From positions 24,382 through 88,381 of the forward strand of contig JBLNAG010000002.1 in assembly GCA_050259235.1 (NCBI GenBank): a stretch of DNA of 64,000 nt, in the 5' to 3' direction. The notes under the pieces were generated by a model. It was not told the DNA's origin. It saw nothing but the letters and a program-made list of their open reading frames with translations, and made no database searches. Of the stretch, positions 29,843 through 39,469 are shown piece by piece (positions within the stretch are counted from its first letter, which is position 1; each line of letters begins with the position of its first letter). The position numbers and the translations under genes were made by a program. Source of the DNA: Ignavibacteriales bacterium. Lineage in GTDB: Bacteria; Bacillota_I; Bacilli_A; RF39; UBA660.

Positions 29843-31765
29843 TTACTTTAGTTCCGTTTTACAGAAAAAGCAAGTACTATTCTTTTCATCGTTTACAGTT
29901 TTACAATTAGGACAAATTTTACTATGATTTCCCTTTTCTACAGTCGGCTCAGCAAGTAAAAAGTCTTCAAATATATTTGTATCAACTATTTTTGATGATT
30001 GATCAAATACTTCAGCTTGTTCATCAGCAATTTCCTCAAAGAATTTACCCTTATAATCTTCTTTCGGTTCTTCTTTTATAATTTCTTTTATAACAGAACT
30101 TTCTGCTTTTACTTCTTCTACCTTTGTTTCATTTATAGTATTACTTTCCTTTTTTTCTTTTCGTGCCTCACGTTTATAACTGTCATTACCTTTTTTCTTA
30201 CTCATACCAGACCAAAATAATGAAGTTATAATGACTGCACCTAGAACCGCTAAAATAGAAAATAATGGGATTTCATTTTTTTTAATATTAATAACACTTT
30301 CTTTAATATTACCATCGCGGCTTACAGCAATAATATAAATTTTACTACCATCTTGTAAATTGTCATTACCTAAAACTTTAATTAGAGTTCCTGGATCTTC
30401 AGCAGTAATGTTAATATCTAACTTATTTTCACTACCTATTTTTAAATCATATTCTAATTTTTCACTGTTAAATGGAACCTTATAACCTTTAACCTCAATA
30501 TTATTTAAAGTTGTAGATGGTAATTTTTCACCTTCATTTAATCTAATAACGGTAACTGTATAAGTTTTAACTGTTTCATTTTCTGCTGTTACTTTAACAG
30601 TCACAGTGTTATTCCCAACAATTAAATCTTTACCACCAACTATTTCAACCTTTGACTTACTGTTATTAGCTTCGGCTGTTAATTTTACTTCAGTGACATC
30701 ATATTCTACTGAAACATTATAAGCAATAATTTCAGGATCAAAATCTATTTTTCCTTTATCAATTTCAAGTGTTTTTAATGTGTTATCATCATTTCTAGCA
30801 TCACTTCTTTTAATGTTTAAGGTATATATTTTTACTGTTTGATTTTCGGCTATTACTTTTACTTCAACAACATTATTACCATAATTTAAATTAACTGTTC
30901 GTGGGCCAAAACCGGCTACAAAACTAGCTTTAACATCCGCTACTGCAGCACTAATGTTAGTAGTTGTTGAATCAACAGTTACACTATATGTAGTTGTACC
31001 AGCATTGAAAGCAATTGTTCCTCCACTAATACCAAGTGATGCTAAGTTATTATTACCACTTCTATTATCAGTTCTATTTACTTGAACAGAATAAACCTTA
31101 ACACTACCACTTTGTGATGTAACTTTTAACTGTACAATATTGGTACCATAATTTAGATTAACTGTTCTTGGACCAAAACCAGCTACAAAGCTAGCCGTTG
31201 CATCTGCTAAAGTTCCACTAATTTTTAAAGTACTTTTATTCATATTACCTAGATTATATGTCCCTGTTCCAGCATTAAATCCACTAACTGCGACATCATC
31301 TACTGCTAATGAAGCTAAGTTATTATTAGTAGAATATATACTAATGTTTTTAGCAATTATAGGTAAATTTGCCCCATTGGCTCCTGAATCAGATGCATAC
31401 ACATTATTTAGTGTAATAGTGGCAATTCCAGTTGCTGAAGCAGCTACTCTTACTGTTATTGTTGTTATTGATTGAGTTCCAGTAAATCCAGTATCTCTAT
31501 ATGCTAATAGTTGTGACTGATTGGATGTTCCATTCCATCCAGCTACATTAGCAATACCTACAAACTCTAAATTACCACTATATTGAATAGATGCTTCTAA
31601 ACCAGCCATAAGTTCTGGATTAGAAGTTCCTTTTACAGTACATGTTATTGTCTGCCCAGGTGAAGCTCCAGCAGGACAATCCATACTAGCACTCATACTA
31701 GCAAATACATTAGTTGGTAAAAGAAAATAAAGTAATAAGACAACTATAAAATATATTTTCTTCAT
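29843..31765 (-). CDS. membrane-anchored surface protein: signal peptide, cohesin-like N-terminal domain, three cadherin-like/Big repeats, TM helix, and a cytoplasmic tail ending in a CxxC...CxxC zinc ribbon
   Basis: The N-terminal ~130 aa resemble a type-I cohesin (PGQTITCTVKG...LEFVGIANVAGW...ITTITVRVAAS). Repeats LASLAVDDVAVSGF.../LASLGISGG.../LKTLEIDKG... follow, with a TM segment at about residue 515 and a C-terminal CPNCKTV...CFFCKTELK. Domain repeats also show at DNA level (about 30885-30950 versus 31140-31205). Confidence 0.55.
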   Translation of the reverse strand: MKKIYFIVVLLLYFLLPTNVFASMSASMDCPAGASPGQTITCTVKGTSNPELMAGLEASIQYSGNLEFVGIANVAGWNGTSNQSQLLAYRDTGFTGTQSITTITVRVAASATGIATITLNNVYASDSGANGANLPIIAKNISIYSTNNNLASLAVDDVAVSGFNAGTGTYNLGNMNKSTLKISGTLADATASFVAGFGPRTVNLNYGTNIVQLKVTSQSGSVKVYSVQVNRTDNRSGNNNLASLGISGGTIAFNAGTTTYSVTVDSTTTNISAAVADVKASFVAGFGPRTVNLNYGNNVVEVKVIAENQTVKIYTLNIKRSDARNDDNTLKTLEIDKGKIDFDPEIIAYNVSVEYDVTEVKLTAEANNSKSKVEIVGGKDLIVGNNTVTVKVTAENETVKTYTVTVIRLNEGEKLPSTTLNNIEVKGYKVPFNSEKLEYDLKIGSENKLDINITAEDPGTLIKVLGNDNLQDGSKIYIIAVSRDGNIKESVINIKKNEIPLFSILAVLGAVIITSLFWSGMSKKKGNDSYKREARKEKKESNTINETKVEEVKAESSVIKEIIKEEPKEDYKGKFFEEIADEQAEVFDQSSKIVDTNIFEDFLLAEPTVEKGNHSKICPNCKTVNDEKNSTCFFCKTELK

Positions 31766-31768
31766 TTT

Positions 31769-34700
31769 TTACTTCCCTTCTATCAGTGGATTAATTAAAG
31801 GATTAATTATATAATTATTGATTTTAACAATATCATTAACTCTCAAATTATTATCACCTGTTACATCAGCCGCTAATATTTCACTGCTATTACTAATAGG
31901 GCTATAACCAATGATGTGATTATTTATTTTTATTATATCATTAACACGAACATATCCGTCACCAGTAACGTCCCCCTTAACAACAATATTAAATCTAATA
32001 GTTTTATCTAAATTAGTTGTTTCTAAAATCATATTAGTTCCAATAATTCCCGTAGTACATTCAGTTGTACCATCACTTTGATATATCTTAATAGATGTTT
32101 CTGGTTCTACAATACTTATTTGTCCAACAAAGGCTTCAAATGAAGTTTCGTTTGATACTTCACTAATATAGCTACTATGAATTGAATATTGATTGGAAGT
32201 AATTGGGCTATCAACAATAACATCAATATTCTTAACGATTTTGCCATCATTAGCAGTAATAGTAATAGTAGCATTACCTGCACCTATAGCAGTTACTACT
32301 CCATTATCAACTGTTGCTACATCTTCATTACTTGATTGCCATACAGCTGTTTTATTTAATACGGTATCAGGATCAAATGCAATATCTATAGTTATTTCTT
32401 CGCCGATATCTAAAGATAAAGGACTAGTATCCACTATAATATCATTTAATAGTGGTAATGATTTCAAATATGGATGTTCACTAACTTTTATTCCCCAGTC
32501 ATTTGTAAAGTTAAATCCTACAAATGTTGCTTGGCTTTTTAATTCACTAAGAGTCTTTTGAACAGTATTAGTGATAGTTGCATACCCACTTTCCCCAGAA
32601 GCAGGTATAGAATCAGAAACATCATAATTGTTAGTTACACTCAAACCAACACTTGATGAACCAAATATTCCACCGATATAAATGACTCCACCTTGAACAT
32701 TACCAATATTATAAGTTTTACTTATTAAAGAGGTATTATATTCACTAGCATTTCCAAATCCAACTATTCCTCCAATATAGGAAGAAGTACTACCTAAAAT
32801 ATTCCCAGTATTATAAGCATTAATTAAATCAAAGTTTTCTCCATAACCAATTATTCCCCCAAGCATATAGGTAGTTCCAGAAATATTCCCAGTATTAAAT
32901 ACTTGTTCAATGCTTGATGCAATTATTCCCCCAAACATTCCTCCAACTTCTTCAATACCACTTATATTTCCATTATTATAACTACTAACTATATTGATTT
33001 CATTAGCGAGTCCAGTAATTCCACCAGTATATAATCCTGAACCAGTTATATTTGCAGTATTGAAAGTTCTTGTTATTCCTGAGTCGATAATAGAACCCGT
33101 AATACCACCAGTTGAATTTCTACCTATAACACTACCGCCAACATTGAAAATATCACTCAACTCTGATAATTGAGCAAATCCTGCTAAACTACCAACATTA
33201 TCTCTACCAGTTATGTTGCTATTTAATAAAGTAATATTTTTAATAGAAGAAGTATATATAATACCAAATAAACCTTGATAATCACTGGCAGCGTCATTTA
33301 TTTTTACACCTTTAATAACACGCCCATTACCATTAAAAGTTCCCACAAAAGGATTAGTACTATTACCAATTGGAATCCAATCCCAAGCTGATATATCAAT
33401 ATCATTAACAAGCTTATATGAACCAGTTAAGTTATTTCTTATACTGTTTAATTGTGATGCATTATCAATTAAAGTTATCCTATTTACAGTTACATTTATT
33501 GTATCAGATAATGTTCCATCTGTTTTGGAAACGGTTATAACTGCTGAACCTTCTTGTAAACCAGTAATTATTCCATTATTAATAGAAACAATACTAGGAT
33601 TACTACTTACCCAATTTAAAGTCGTAATATCGTCTGTTTTTTCAATAAAAGAATTTAAATCTCTTGTTTCGTTTAACCCAACATAAGCACTATTTAATTT
33701 AGAATACATACTTGTTACTTTAGTACCAAGAGAATCTGTCACTATAAAGTAATCTGTGTCAACATTATTGTTATATTTTGTTTCTACAGTATAATATCCT
33801 TTTTCAATACCTGTAGGAACAGTTATGCTAGCATTAGCTTGATTCATAATTATAGGATTTTTTACTATATTAAAACGATTAGTAACATCGCTACCCACCA
33901 TATTTTTAACAGTATAAGTTAAATATGCACCACTAGCAATATTACTAGTAATTGTATTAACTCCAATTACATAATTTACATTTGCATCATCAACAACAAT
34001 ATTAGAATTTCTAAGATCAGTGTCAATTTGTGTGCCACTTAAAGGGGTAATATCTTCTGTATAAGCTTTTATATCAACACTTATATCAAGACCACCATAA
34101 TAAGTATCTACCCAATTACTACCATCAAAAGAAGCATAACTTTGTGATGGCATTATTCCAACTAGTTCTTTAGATAATTGATCATGACCATTTTCTCTAG
34201 CCGGAACAAGATAATAACCACCATTAATGAAATGCACTATAACTGCATATTCTTTACCTTTAAGTTGAACAGGATTATTTAAAGTAACTGTATGATATCC
34301 TGGATATTCAATTGGAGTTGTTGAAGTTTGAACAAGTTTTACATTACTTCCAGTTAAACTTCCATCAACAGCATTTACATATATTTCGTAACTAGTATTT
34401 GCTTGATTAACACCAAAACTAACTTCAGTTAATGATTCTGTTTTTAAATCTTCTTTATTAAATACTACTGCTCCATAATTACCACTTACTTGATTCATTA
34501 AACCAGTCGGATTATATTGATAAGCATTATCATAGTCAGCAGTAGAAGCAGATATTATGCCTGCCATATATGCCCCAATCATATAGTCTTCATATGAATA
34601 ATAATAATATCCATTATTTCCAAAACTTGTTCCCCATGAATTTTGAACAATCCAAGCTCCATTACTTGTTGGTCGTTGTCCAGAAATTCGTCCACTATTA

Positions 34701-35620
34701 AAATTAGCTCTAGAATAATTATCATCCCAACCTATAATTACCATAGCATGAGGGGAATTATAATAATCAGTATAGTTATCAGTATAAACAGAATCATAGG
34801 TATTATTGAAATATGTTCCACTTGGCGCAGCTGCATGAAAATAAACTCCACCATTATCCATAACTTGTTTTTTAATAATATTATTGTATTCTTGTCTTTC
34901 TAAAGCAGTAGCATTATAGTTATTAAATGATGGTAAATAATAAGTATTATCAATTTGAATATTACTAGTAGCTACAAAAGTATTGGTAAGAGATACTGGT
35001 AAAGTACCATTACCACTAAAGCTACTAACTGGTCCAAAACTACTTGTCCAATAACTACTTGTATAACTAAAATTACCACCATTATTTAATTCCATTATCC
35101 CATAAGGATTATTACTTCCACCTTGAAAATCATAAGCCAATATATAATTTGCATGAATAGGATTAAAGTTATAATTTCCTTGCCCATTCAATTTTAAATT
35201 TGATTCTAAAGCACTGGATGCAGAATATGCCCAACATAATCCTAATGATCCTTGGTTTTTAATAGGTGTTGTATAATTAACTCCACCAACATTTCTTAAA
35301 TCATATTGAGCTGGTATAACACCATCTTCTACAATTGATCTAGTTTTACCAAATAATGATGTTTTATATAAAGACACAAAAGGCTGATCACTAGTTTTAG
35401 GAGCTGGTGTTTTTTCTTTTTCATCATCTGGTAAAGATAACCACTTTAGATATTCATCACTATAAGGAGCTAATTCTAATTTTGAATTAGAGGCTTCATA
35501 CGTAATATTATCTATTGAGTAAGATTTATCTGGAAAATAAAAAATACTTAAAACAGTAAGAAAACTTACAGTTAAAAGCATTATTAAATTTCTAAACTTA
35601 TTACCCATAACATTACCCAC
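31769..35620 (-). CDS. secreted multidomain papain-like (C1A) cysteine peptidase with two Big_2 domains, GLUG-motif repeats and a C-terminal type-I dockerin
   Basis: Signal peptide. C1 catalytic motifs NQGSLGLCWAYSA (Cys), SPHAMVIIGWDDN (His) and NSWGTSFGNNGYYY (Asn/Trp). Big_2 segments near residues 660 and 1080, repeated GG[IM]xG GLUG-like segments in between, and a C-terminal GDVTGDGYVRVNDIIKINNHII ... ADVTGDNNLRVNDIVKINNYII duplicated dockerin calcium-binding repeat. Confidence 0.8.
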   Translation of the reverse strand: MGNVMGNKFRNLIMLLTVSFLTVLSIFYFPDKSYSIDNITYEASNSKLELAPYSDEYLKWLSLPDDEKEKTPAPKTSDQPFVSLYKTSLFGKTRSIVEDGVIPAQYDLRNVGGVNYTTPIKNQGSLGLCWAYSASSALESNLKLNGQGNYNFNPIHANYILAYDFQGGSNNPYGIMELNNGGNFSYTSSYWTSSFGPVSSFSGNGTLPVSLTNTFVATSNIQIDNTYYLPSFNNYNATALERQEYNNIIKKQVMDNGGVYFHAAAPSGTYFNNTYDSVYTDNYTDYYNSPHAMVIIGWDDNYSRANFNSGRISGQRPTSNGAWIVQNSWGTSFGNNGYYYYSYEDYMIGAYMAGIISASTADYDNAYQYNPTGLMNQVSGNYGAVVFNKEDLKTESLTEVSFGVNQANTSYEIYVNAVDGSLTGSNVKLVQTSTTPIEYPGYHTVTLNNPVQLKGKEYAVIVHFINGGYYLVPARENGHDQLSKELVGIMPSQSYASFDGSNWVDTYYGGLDISVDIKAYTEDITPLSGTQIDTDLRNSNIVVDDANVNYVIGVNTITSNIASGAYLTYTVKNMVGSDVTNRFNIVKNPIIMNQANASITVPTGIEKGYYTVETKYNNNVDTDYFIVTDSLGTKVTSMYSKLNSAYVGLNETRDLNSFIEKTDDITTLNWVSSNPSIVSINNGIITGLQEGSAVITVSKTDGTLSDTINVTVNRITLIDNASQLNSIRNNLTGSYKLVNDIDISAWDWIPIGNSTNPFVGTFNGNGRVIKGVKINDAASDYQGLFGIIYTSSIKNITLLNSNITGRDNVGSLAGFAQLSELSDIFNVGGSVIGRNSTGGITGSIIDSGITRTFNTANITGSGLYTGGITGLANEINIVSSYNNGNISGIEEVGGMFGGIIASSIEQVFNTGNISGTTYMLGGIIGYGENFDLINAYNTGNILGSTSSYIGGIVGFGNASEYNTSLISKTYNIGNVQGGVIYIGGIFGSSSVGLSVTNNYDVSDSIPASGESGYATITNTVQKTLSELKSQATFVGFNFTNDWGIKVSEHPYLKSLPLLNDIIVDTSPLSLDIGEEITIDIAFDPDTVLNKTAVWQSSNEDVATVDNGVVTAIGAGNATITITANDGKIVKNIDVIVDSPITSNQYSIHSSYISEVSNETSFEAFVGQISIVEPETSIKIYQSDGTTECTTGIIGTNMILETTNLDKTIRFNIVVKGDVTGDGYVRVNDIIKINNHIIGYSPISNSSEILAADVTGDNNLRVNDIVKINNYIINPLINPLIEGK

Positions 35621-35682
35621 TTCATACCTTATTATTTATATAAGTATATCACATAAATAATTATAAATAAAGTTGTTTTATC

Positions 35683-35710
35683 ATAAAAAAAAGTAGATAT
35701 CTACTTTTTT
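35683..35710. terminator. palindromic terminator between the protease gene start and the upstream 290-aa gene
   Basis: aaaaaagtagatatctacttttttt is a perfect palindrome flanked by A/T runs. Confidence 0.5.
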
Positions 35711-35714
35711 TACA

Positions 35715-36587
35715 TTAAGACTTATCACTATTATCTATTCTTTTTAAAAGTTGTAAAACCTTATAATCATTGGGTCTAACTCGTTCAAGTTCTCCTTGAA
35801 ATAAAGCACTCTTTCCTTCTATAGTAACTTCTAATTCTTTAACAAAATCTCTAATATACCTAATACCATTTAATAAATTTGAATCATGAGGCGCACCATT
35901 ACTATGTGTTTCCAAATCATCTAGCTCACTAAGTATATGACCAATATACATTCTTTCATGACTTTCATATTGTCTAAAATATGTTCTAAAGTATTGATCT
36001 CTATCATTTACATACATATCAAAATCTTTATTTTCATACTCAAATCCTACCATTGGCATACTTTTAACATCTTGAATCATACCACTATAAGTGGGAAATA
36101 AAGTTGGCATTCTTGAACCTTCATTTCTTAAAACAAAACTATTCTTACTGTAATTTTTAGGACTACGGCTAAAAGTCAATATATATGCTTTATCATTTTT
36201 AGTAATACCAAAAGTAGTACAATTATCTAAATCATCATCATCTGATGGTAAAGATAATTCCATTCCGCCGCCCGTTGCTCTATATAATGGAAACTTATCA
36301 ATAATTGCATCTTCTATTGGATTCAGTAATGATCCACCAAGTTCTTTTACTTCGCTTAATTGAAGTAAATATAATTCATCTAATAACTCACATAATCTTG
36401 GATCTTCTTTTCTAGGTACTCCTACTATTCTAGTAGCTTCAAATCCTCCTTGATTTTCCTTATCATGTGCTTCAGCGTCAAAAGTAATCATTACATTTTG
36501 AGTATTATCAGTTTGAAAAAACACTCTTGTTTTACTTATATAATCAAATATTACAAATCCATTCTCTAATTTTCCTAATTTTATCAT
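35715..36587 (-). CDS. hypothetical cytoplasmic protein (no recognisable domain)
   Basis: 290-aa ORF with a good codon pattern and no signal peptide or TM helix; acidic DDDD stretch mid-protein. Confidence 0.45.
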   Translation of the reverse strand: MIKLGKLENGFVIFDYISKTRVFFQTDNTQNVMITFDAEAHDKENQGGFEATRIVGVPRKEDPRLCELLDELYLLQLSEVKELGGSLLNPIEDAIIDKFPLYRATGGGMELSLPSDDDDLDNCTTFGITKNDKAYILTFSRSPKNYSKNSFVLRNEGSRMPTLFPTYSGMIQDVKSMPMVGFEYENKDFDMYVNDRDQYFRTYFRQYESHERMYIGHILSELDDLETHSNGAPHDSNLLNGIRYIRDFVKELEVTIEGKSALFQGELERVRPNDYKVLQLLKRIDNSDKS

Positions 36588-36619
36588 TATAAACCCTCCT
36601 AAAATAATTATAAAATCTT

Positions 36620-37087
36620 CTAATCAATAAGTGATGAATCTTGAAATAATATAACATCTTCAAAATTTTGAGATAAATATCTTAATACCAAGTTATCATC
36701 ATCAATTACTATAATTTTTCTATCATTTATTTTTTCAATTGAAGTTCTTAAAAAATTCCCCTTTAATTTACTTGAGGATAAATTTGGAAAACTTTCTTTT
36801 GAAATAATTATACGGTTTTCTTTTTTGAAAAAAGGAGCATGATTATCTAACCAATAATTTTTATCTTCTATCTCAAAATCTTTTCTACAAACTGATAATA
36901 TATAAAGTTCAACATTCTCTAAAAGTGATACTTCTTTTAAGGTATTTATATTAGTCGTTAGTGGTCTTTTATTTCTAAATTCTAGTGGAGCTAGAAATTC
37001 AAAATCTGCTATTACTCCATCCATGTCGACAAAAATTGCTGCTTTATTATTACCTATCAAATCTTTTATTTTATTTGCAAAGTACAT
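36620..37087 (-). CDS. 5'(3')-deoxyribonucleotidase-like HAD phosphatase (NT5C family)
   Basis: An FVDMDGVIADF motif-I sits 18 aa from the N-terminus, and the 155-aa size is typical of this family. Confidence 0.6.
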   Translation of the reverse strand: MYFANKIKDLIGNNKAAIFVDMDGVIADFEFLAPLEFRNKRPLTTNINTLKEVSLLENVELYILSVCRKDFEIEDKNYWLDNHAPFFKKENRIIISKESFPNLSSSKLKGNFLRTSIEKINDRKIIVIDDDNLVLRYLSQNFEDVILFQDSSLID

Positions 37088-37198
37088 TATGTCACATCCT
37101 TACTATAATATTTTTTTATGATTATCTTCATTACAATTATAGATATTTCAATATCATTATAACATATCTAATAAAATAATTATAAAAATTAGTAAATA

Positions 37199-37226
37199 AA
37201 AAGCCTTATAAATAAAGCTTTTATTT
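37199..37226 (-). terminator. terminator downstream of the M23 peptidase gene
   Basis: aaagcc ttataaataa agcttt followed by T-runs. Confidence 0.35.
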
Positions 37227-37227
37227 T

Positions 37228-38067
37228 TTATTTCTTATTTTTAAATTGATTTTTAAAAAAATTAATTATTCTCTTCCAAAAATTATTTTTTGGTTTATTC
37301 TTACTTCCAGAGTTGTTGTTTCCAGTATCTGGTAATGGATTTTCATTACCTGTATTAGGTCCTTCTATCTTTTTAGGAAGTAGCAATACCCGTTCATTGT
37401 TATACACTATCCACTGTCCTTCTGCTATTTTATACCATGTATATCCATCTACAGATTTAGTTTCATAATAATTATAAATACCATTTTCTATAGCTAAACC
37501 AATTACTTGCTCATTAATTCCAGTATTAACATATACATTCAAATCACTAACTAAAACTCTCAATTGGTCTTTATTTGCGTCTCTTTCTACAATAGGAGTA
37601 ACTTTTAAAAGTTCAAAAGTTTTATCACCAAATATATAATCATAAGGATCAATTACATTGTTATCTTTAATAACTTCAAAGTGTAAATGACCCGCAGTAA
37701 CAGTACCAGTTGCTCCCATATAACCTATTACTTGCCCAGCTTGAACGCTATCACCATTCTTCACAGGAACACTATTTTGTTTCAAATGTACATACCTTGT
37801 TTTATATCCATTACCATGATTGATTACAACTTGGTTTCCATAACTAGCACCACCTACGTAACCCGGAATATCATTTATTGCTAATTCCACTGTTCCACTT
37901 GCTACTGCTAGTATGTAGTCAAAACCTCCAACTCCATCAATATTAGCAACAATATCTATTCCTAAATGGTAATCATTTATTTGTTGTCCATTAAGCCAAT
38001 ATGTTCTATCGCCAAATTTCGATATAAGCATAGGAGGATAATTTTGTAGTATTTTAATATTTATCAC
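37228..38067 (-). CDS. M23-family peptidase with a C-terminal SH3b-like domain
   Basis: HLGIDI...GHLHFEV LytM motifs, a C-terminal YTWYKIAEGQWIVYN segment and a Lys/Asn-rich tail. Confidence 0.8.
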   Translation of the reverse strand: MINIKILQNYPPMLISKFGDRTYWLNGQQINDYHLGIDIVANIDGVGGFDYILAVASGTVELAINDIPGYVGGASYGNQVVINHGNGYKTRYVHLKQNSVPVKNGDSVQAGQVIGYMGATGTVTAGHLHFEVIKDNNVIDPYDYIFGDKTFELLKVTPIVERDANKDQLRVLVSDLNVYVNTGINEQVIGLAIENGIYNYYETKSVDGYTWYKIAEGQWIVYNNERVLLLPKKIEGPNTGNENPLPDTGNNNSGSKNKPKNNFWKRIINFFKNQFKNKK

Positions 38068-38173
38068 CCCTCAAAAAATTAGTAAAGAGTTTTATTTAAC
38101 TTTCAAAACCCTTTATCTATTATATTTAATAATAAAGCTTTGTTGTGTACAATTCAAATATTCCATAAATAAA

Positions 38174-38200
38174 AAAAGCACCAATATGGCGCTTTTAATA
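38174..38200 (-). terminator. terminator downstream of the 205-aa membrane protein gene
   Basis: aagcacca atat tggcgctt followed by a U-run on the minus strand. Confidence 0.35.
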
Positions 38201-38201
38201 A

Positions 38202-38819
38202 TTATTTTTTATAAGTGTTATACTCTATTTTCAACCAATTCGTAAGACTAGCAACTTTACTCATATTAACCGATTCTTCATAAAGTAACTCATAGAATGT
38301 TTTATATTTATATGGTTCTTCTTTATAATTAATAATTATACTTAGTTGTGTTTTCTTTTTTTCAGATAACACTTCATTATCACTTAAAACCATTGAATTA
38401 TATTTATCAAATTCATTTAAACATTTTTCGTTTTTATTTAATTTTAATAACTCATATTTATTAGCATATTCTTTATTTTTGAAACTCATTAATTTTAGAT
38501 TTTTATATGTTTTGTTTTCTAAATCATTAGTTAATAAGTAACACTTCTTAATATCTAATACTAATGAATTATATGTATCCTTTAACCTTTTATCTGTAGT
38601 TTTAATTGGTTTTAATTCTTGCCAATCATTATTGACTGTTATTTCATCCATATTAGTTTTAATTATATTTATATTATAGTCTAATACACTATATATCTCT
38701 TTATATGTTTCTCCTAATAATACTTTATTTGGTTCATAAATACTAAATATAGCTATAGTTATAGCAATAATCGCAACAACAGCAACAATTAAATAATCTT
38801 TTTTTTCCATATACTTCAC
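38202..38819 (-). CDS. hypothetical membrane-anchored protein
   Basis: 205 aa with one N-terminal TM helix and a Lys/Asn-rich extracytoplasmic domain. Confidence 0.45.
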   Translation of the reverse strand: MKYMEKKDYLIVAVVAIIAITIAIFSIYEPNKVLLGETYKEIYSVLDYNINIIKTNMDEITVNNDWQELKPIKTTDKRLKDTYNSLVLDIKKCYLLTNDLENKTYKNLKLMSFKNKEYANKYELLKLNKNEKCLNEFDKYNSMVLSDNEVLSEKKKTQLSIIINYKEEPYKYKTFYELLYEESVNMSKVASLTNWLKIEYNTYKK

Positions 38820-38908
38820 CTATTTTAATTATACCATAATTGTATAAATAAAAAAACTCCTTTTAAGAGAAGTTTATTTTTATATTTTATTATTGCACCT
38901 TTTAAAGA

Positions 38909-39418
38909 TTACGGTTTATTTTTTTCTAAACTATTATACAGTTCATTAAATATTTTTAAATGTCCCTCTTCATCTTGAATAATTCGTGCAAGTAAAGCTT
39001 TAATATATTTATCATTAATCATTTCTTTATGAATCTCATATTGTTTAATTGCTGAGACTTCGGCTTTAATATCAGCATGTAGCATTTCCCTTATTTCATC
39101 AGTATAATTAACATTTTCACTATTCCAATGTATTACATTATCACTTTCAGCATTAACAGTTGCAAAAATAGGATTTAATCCTAACTTTAAAATTGTCTTA
39201 CCAAGTAATTCTAAATGATGCATTTCAACTATCGCTATTTTTTCTAACTCTTTAGCAAATTCATCCCATTTACCATCCTGCAAAAAGTTTTGATACATAT
39301 ATAAATGAATAGCTGTTTCTTCACTAACTGTACCAGCATAATCTTGGAGTAATATCATTGCATATTCAACATTAGGCATCTCAACTTTAATATCAGGGTA
39401 AGTATCATTCATTTTCAT
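38909..39418 (-). CDS. cotJC: CotJC-like ferritin-like/manganese-catalase-family protein (spore coat protein CotJC family)
   Basis: Two ExxH diiron motifs (EMHHLE, EEGHLK) and a recalled alignment to B. subtilis CotJC (YAMILLQDYAGTVSEE ~ LAKYLIEQYGGADGE; IAIVEMHHLELL ~ GTEEFAHLEMI). Confidence 0.6.
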   Translation of the reverse strand: MKMNDTYPDIKVEMPNVEYAMILLQDYAGTVSEETAIHLYMYQNFLQDGKWDEFAKELEKIAIVEMHHLELLGKTILKLGLNPIFATVNAESDNVIHWNSENVNYTDEIREMLHADIKAEVSAIKQYEIHKEMINDKYIKALLARIIQDEEGHLKIFNELYNSLEKNKP

Positions 39419-39469
39419 ATTATCACCCGATTAAAAATATGCATTCATTATTTAAATATGCCTATATAA

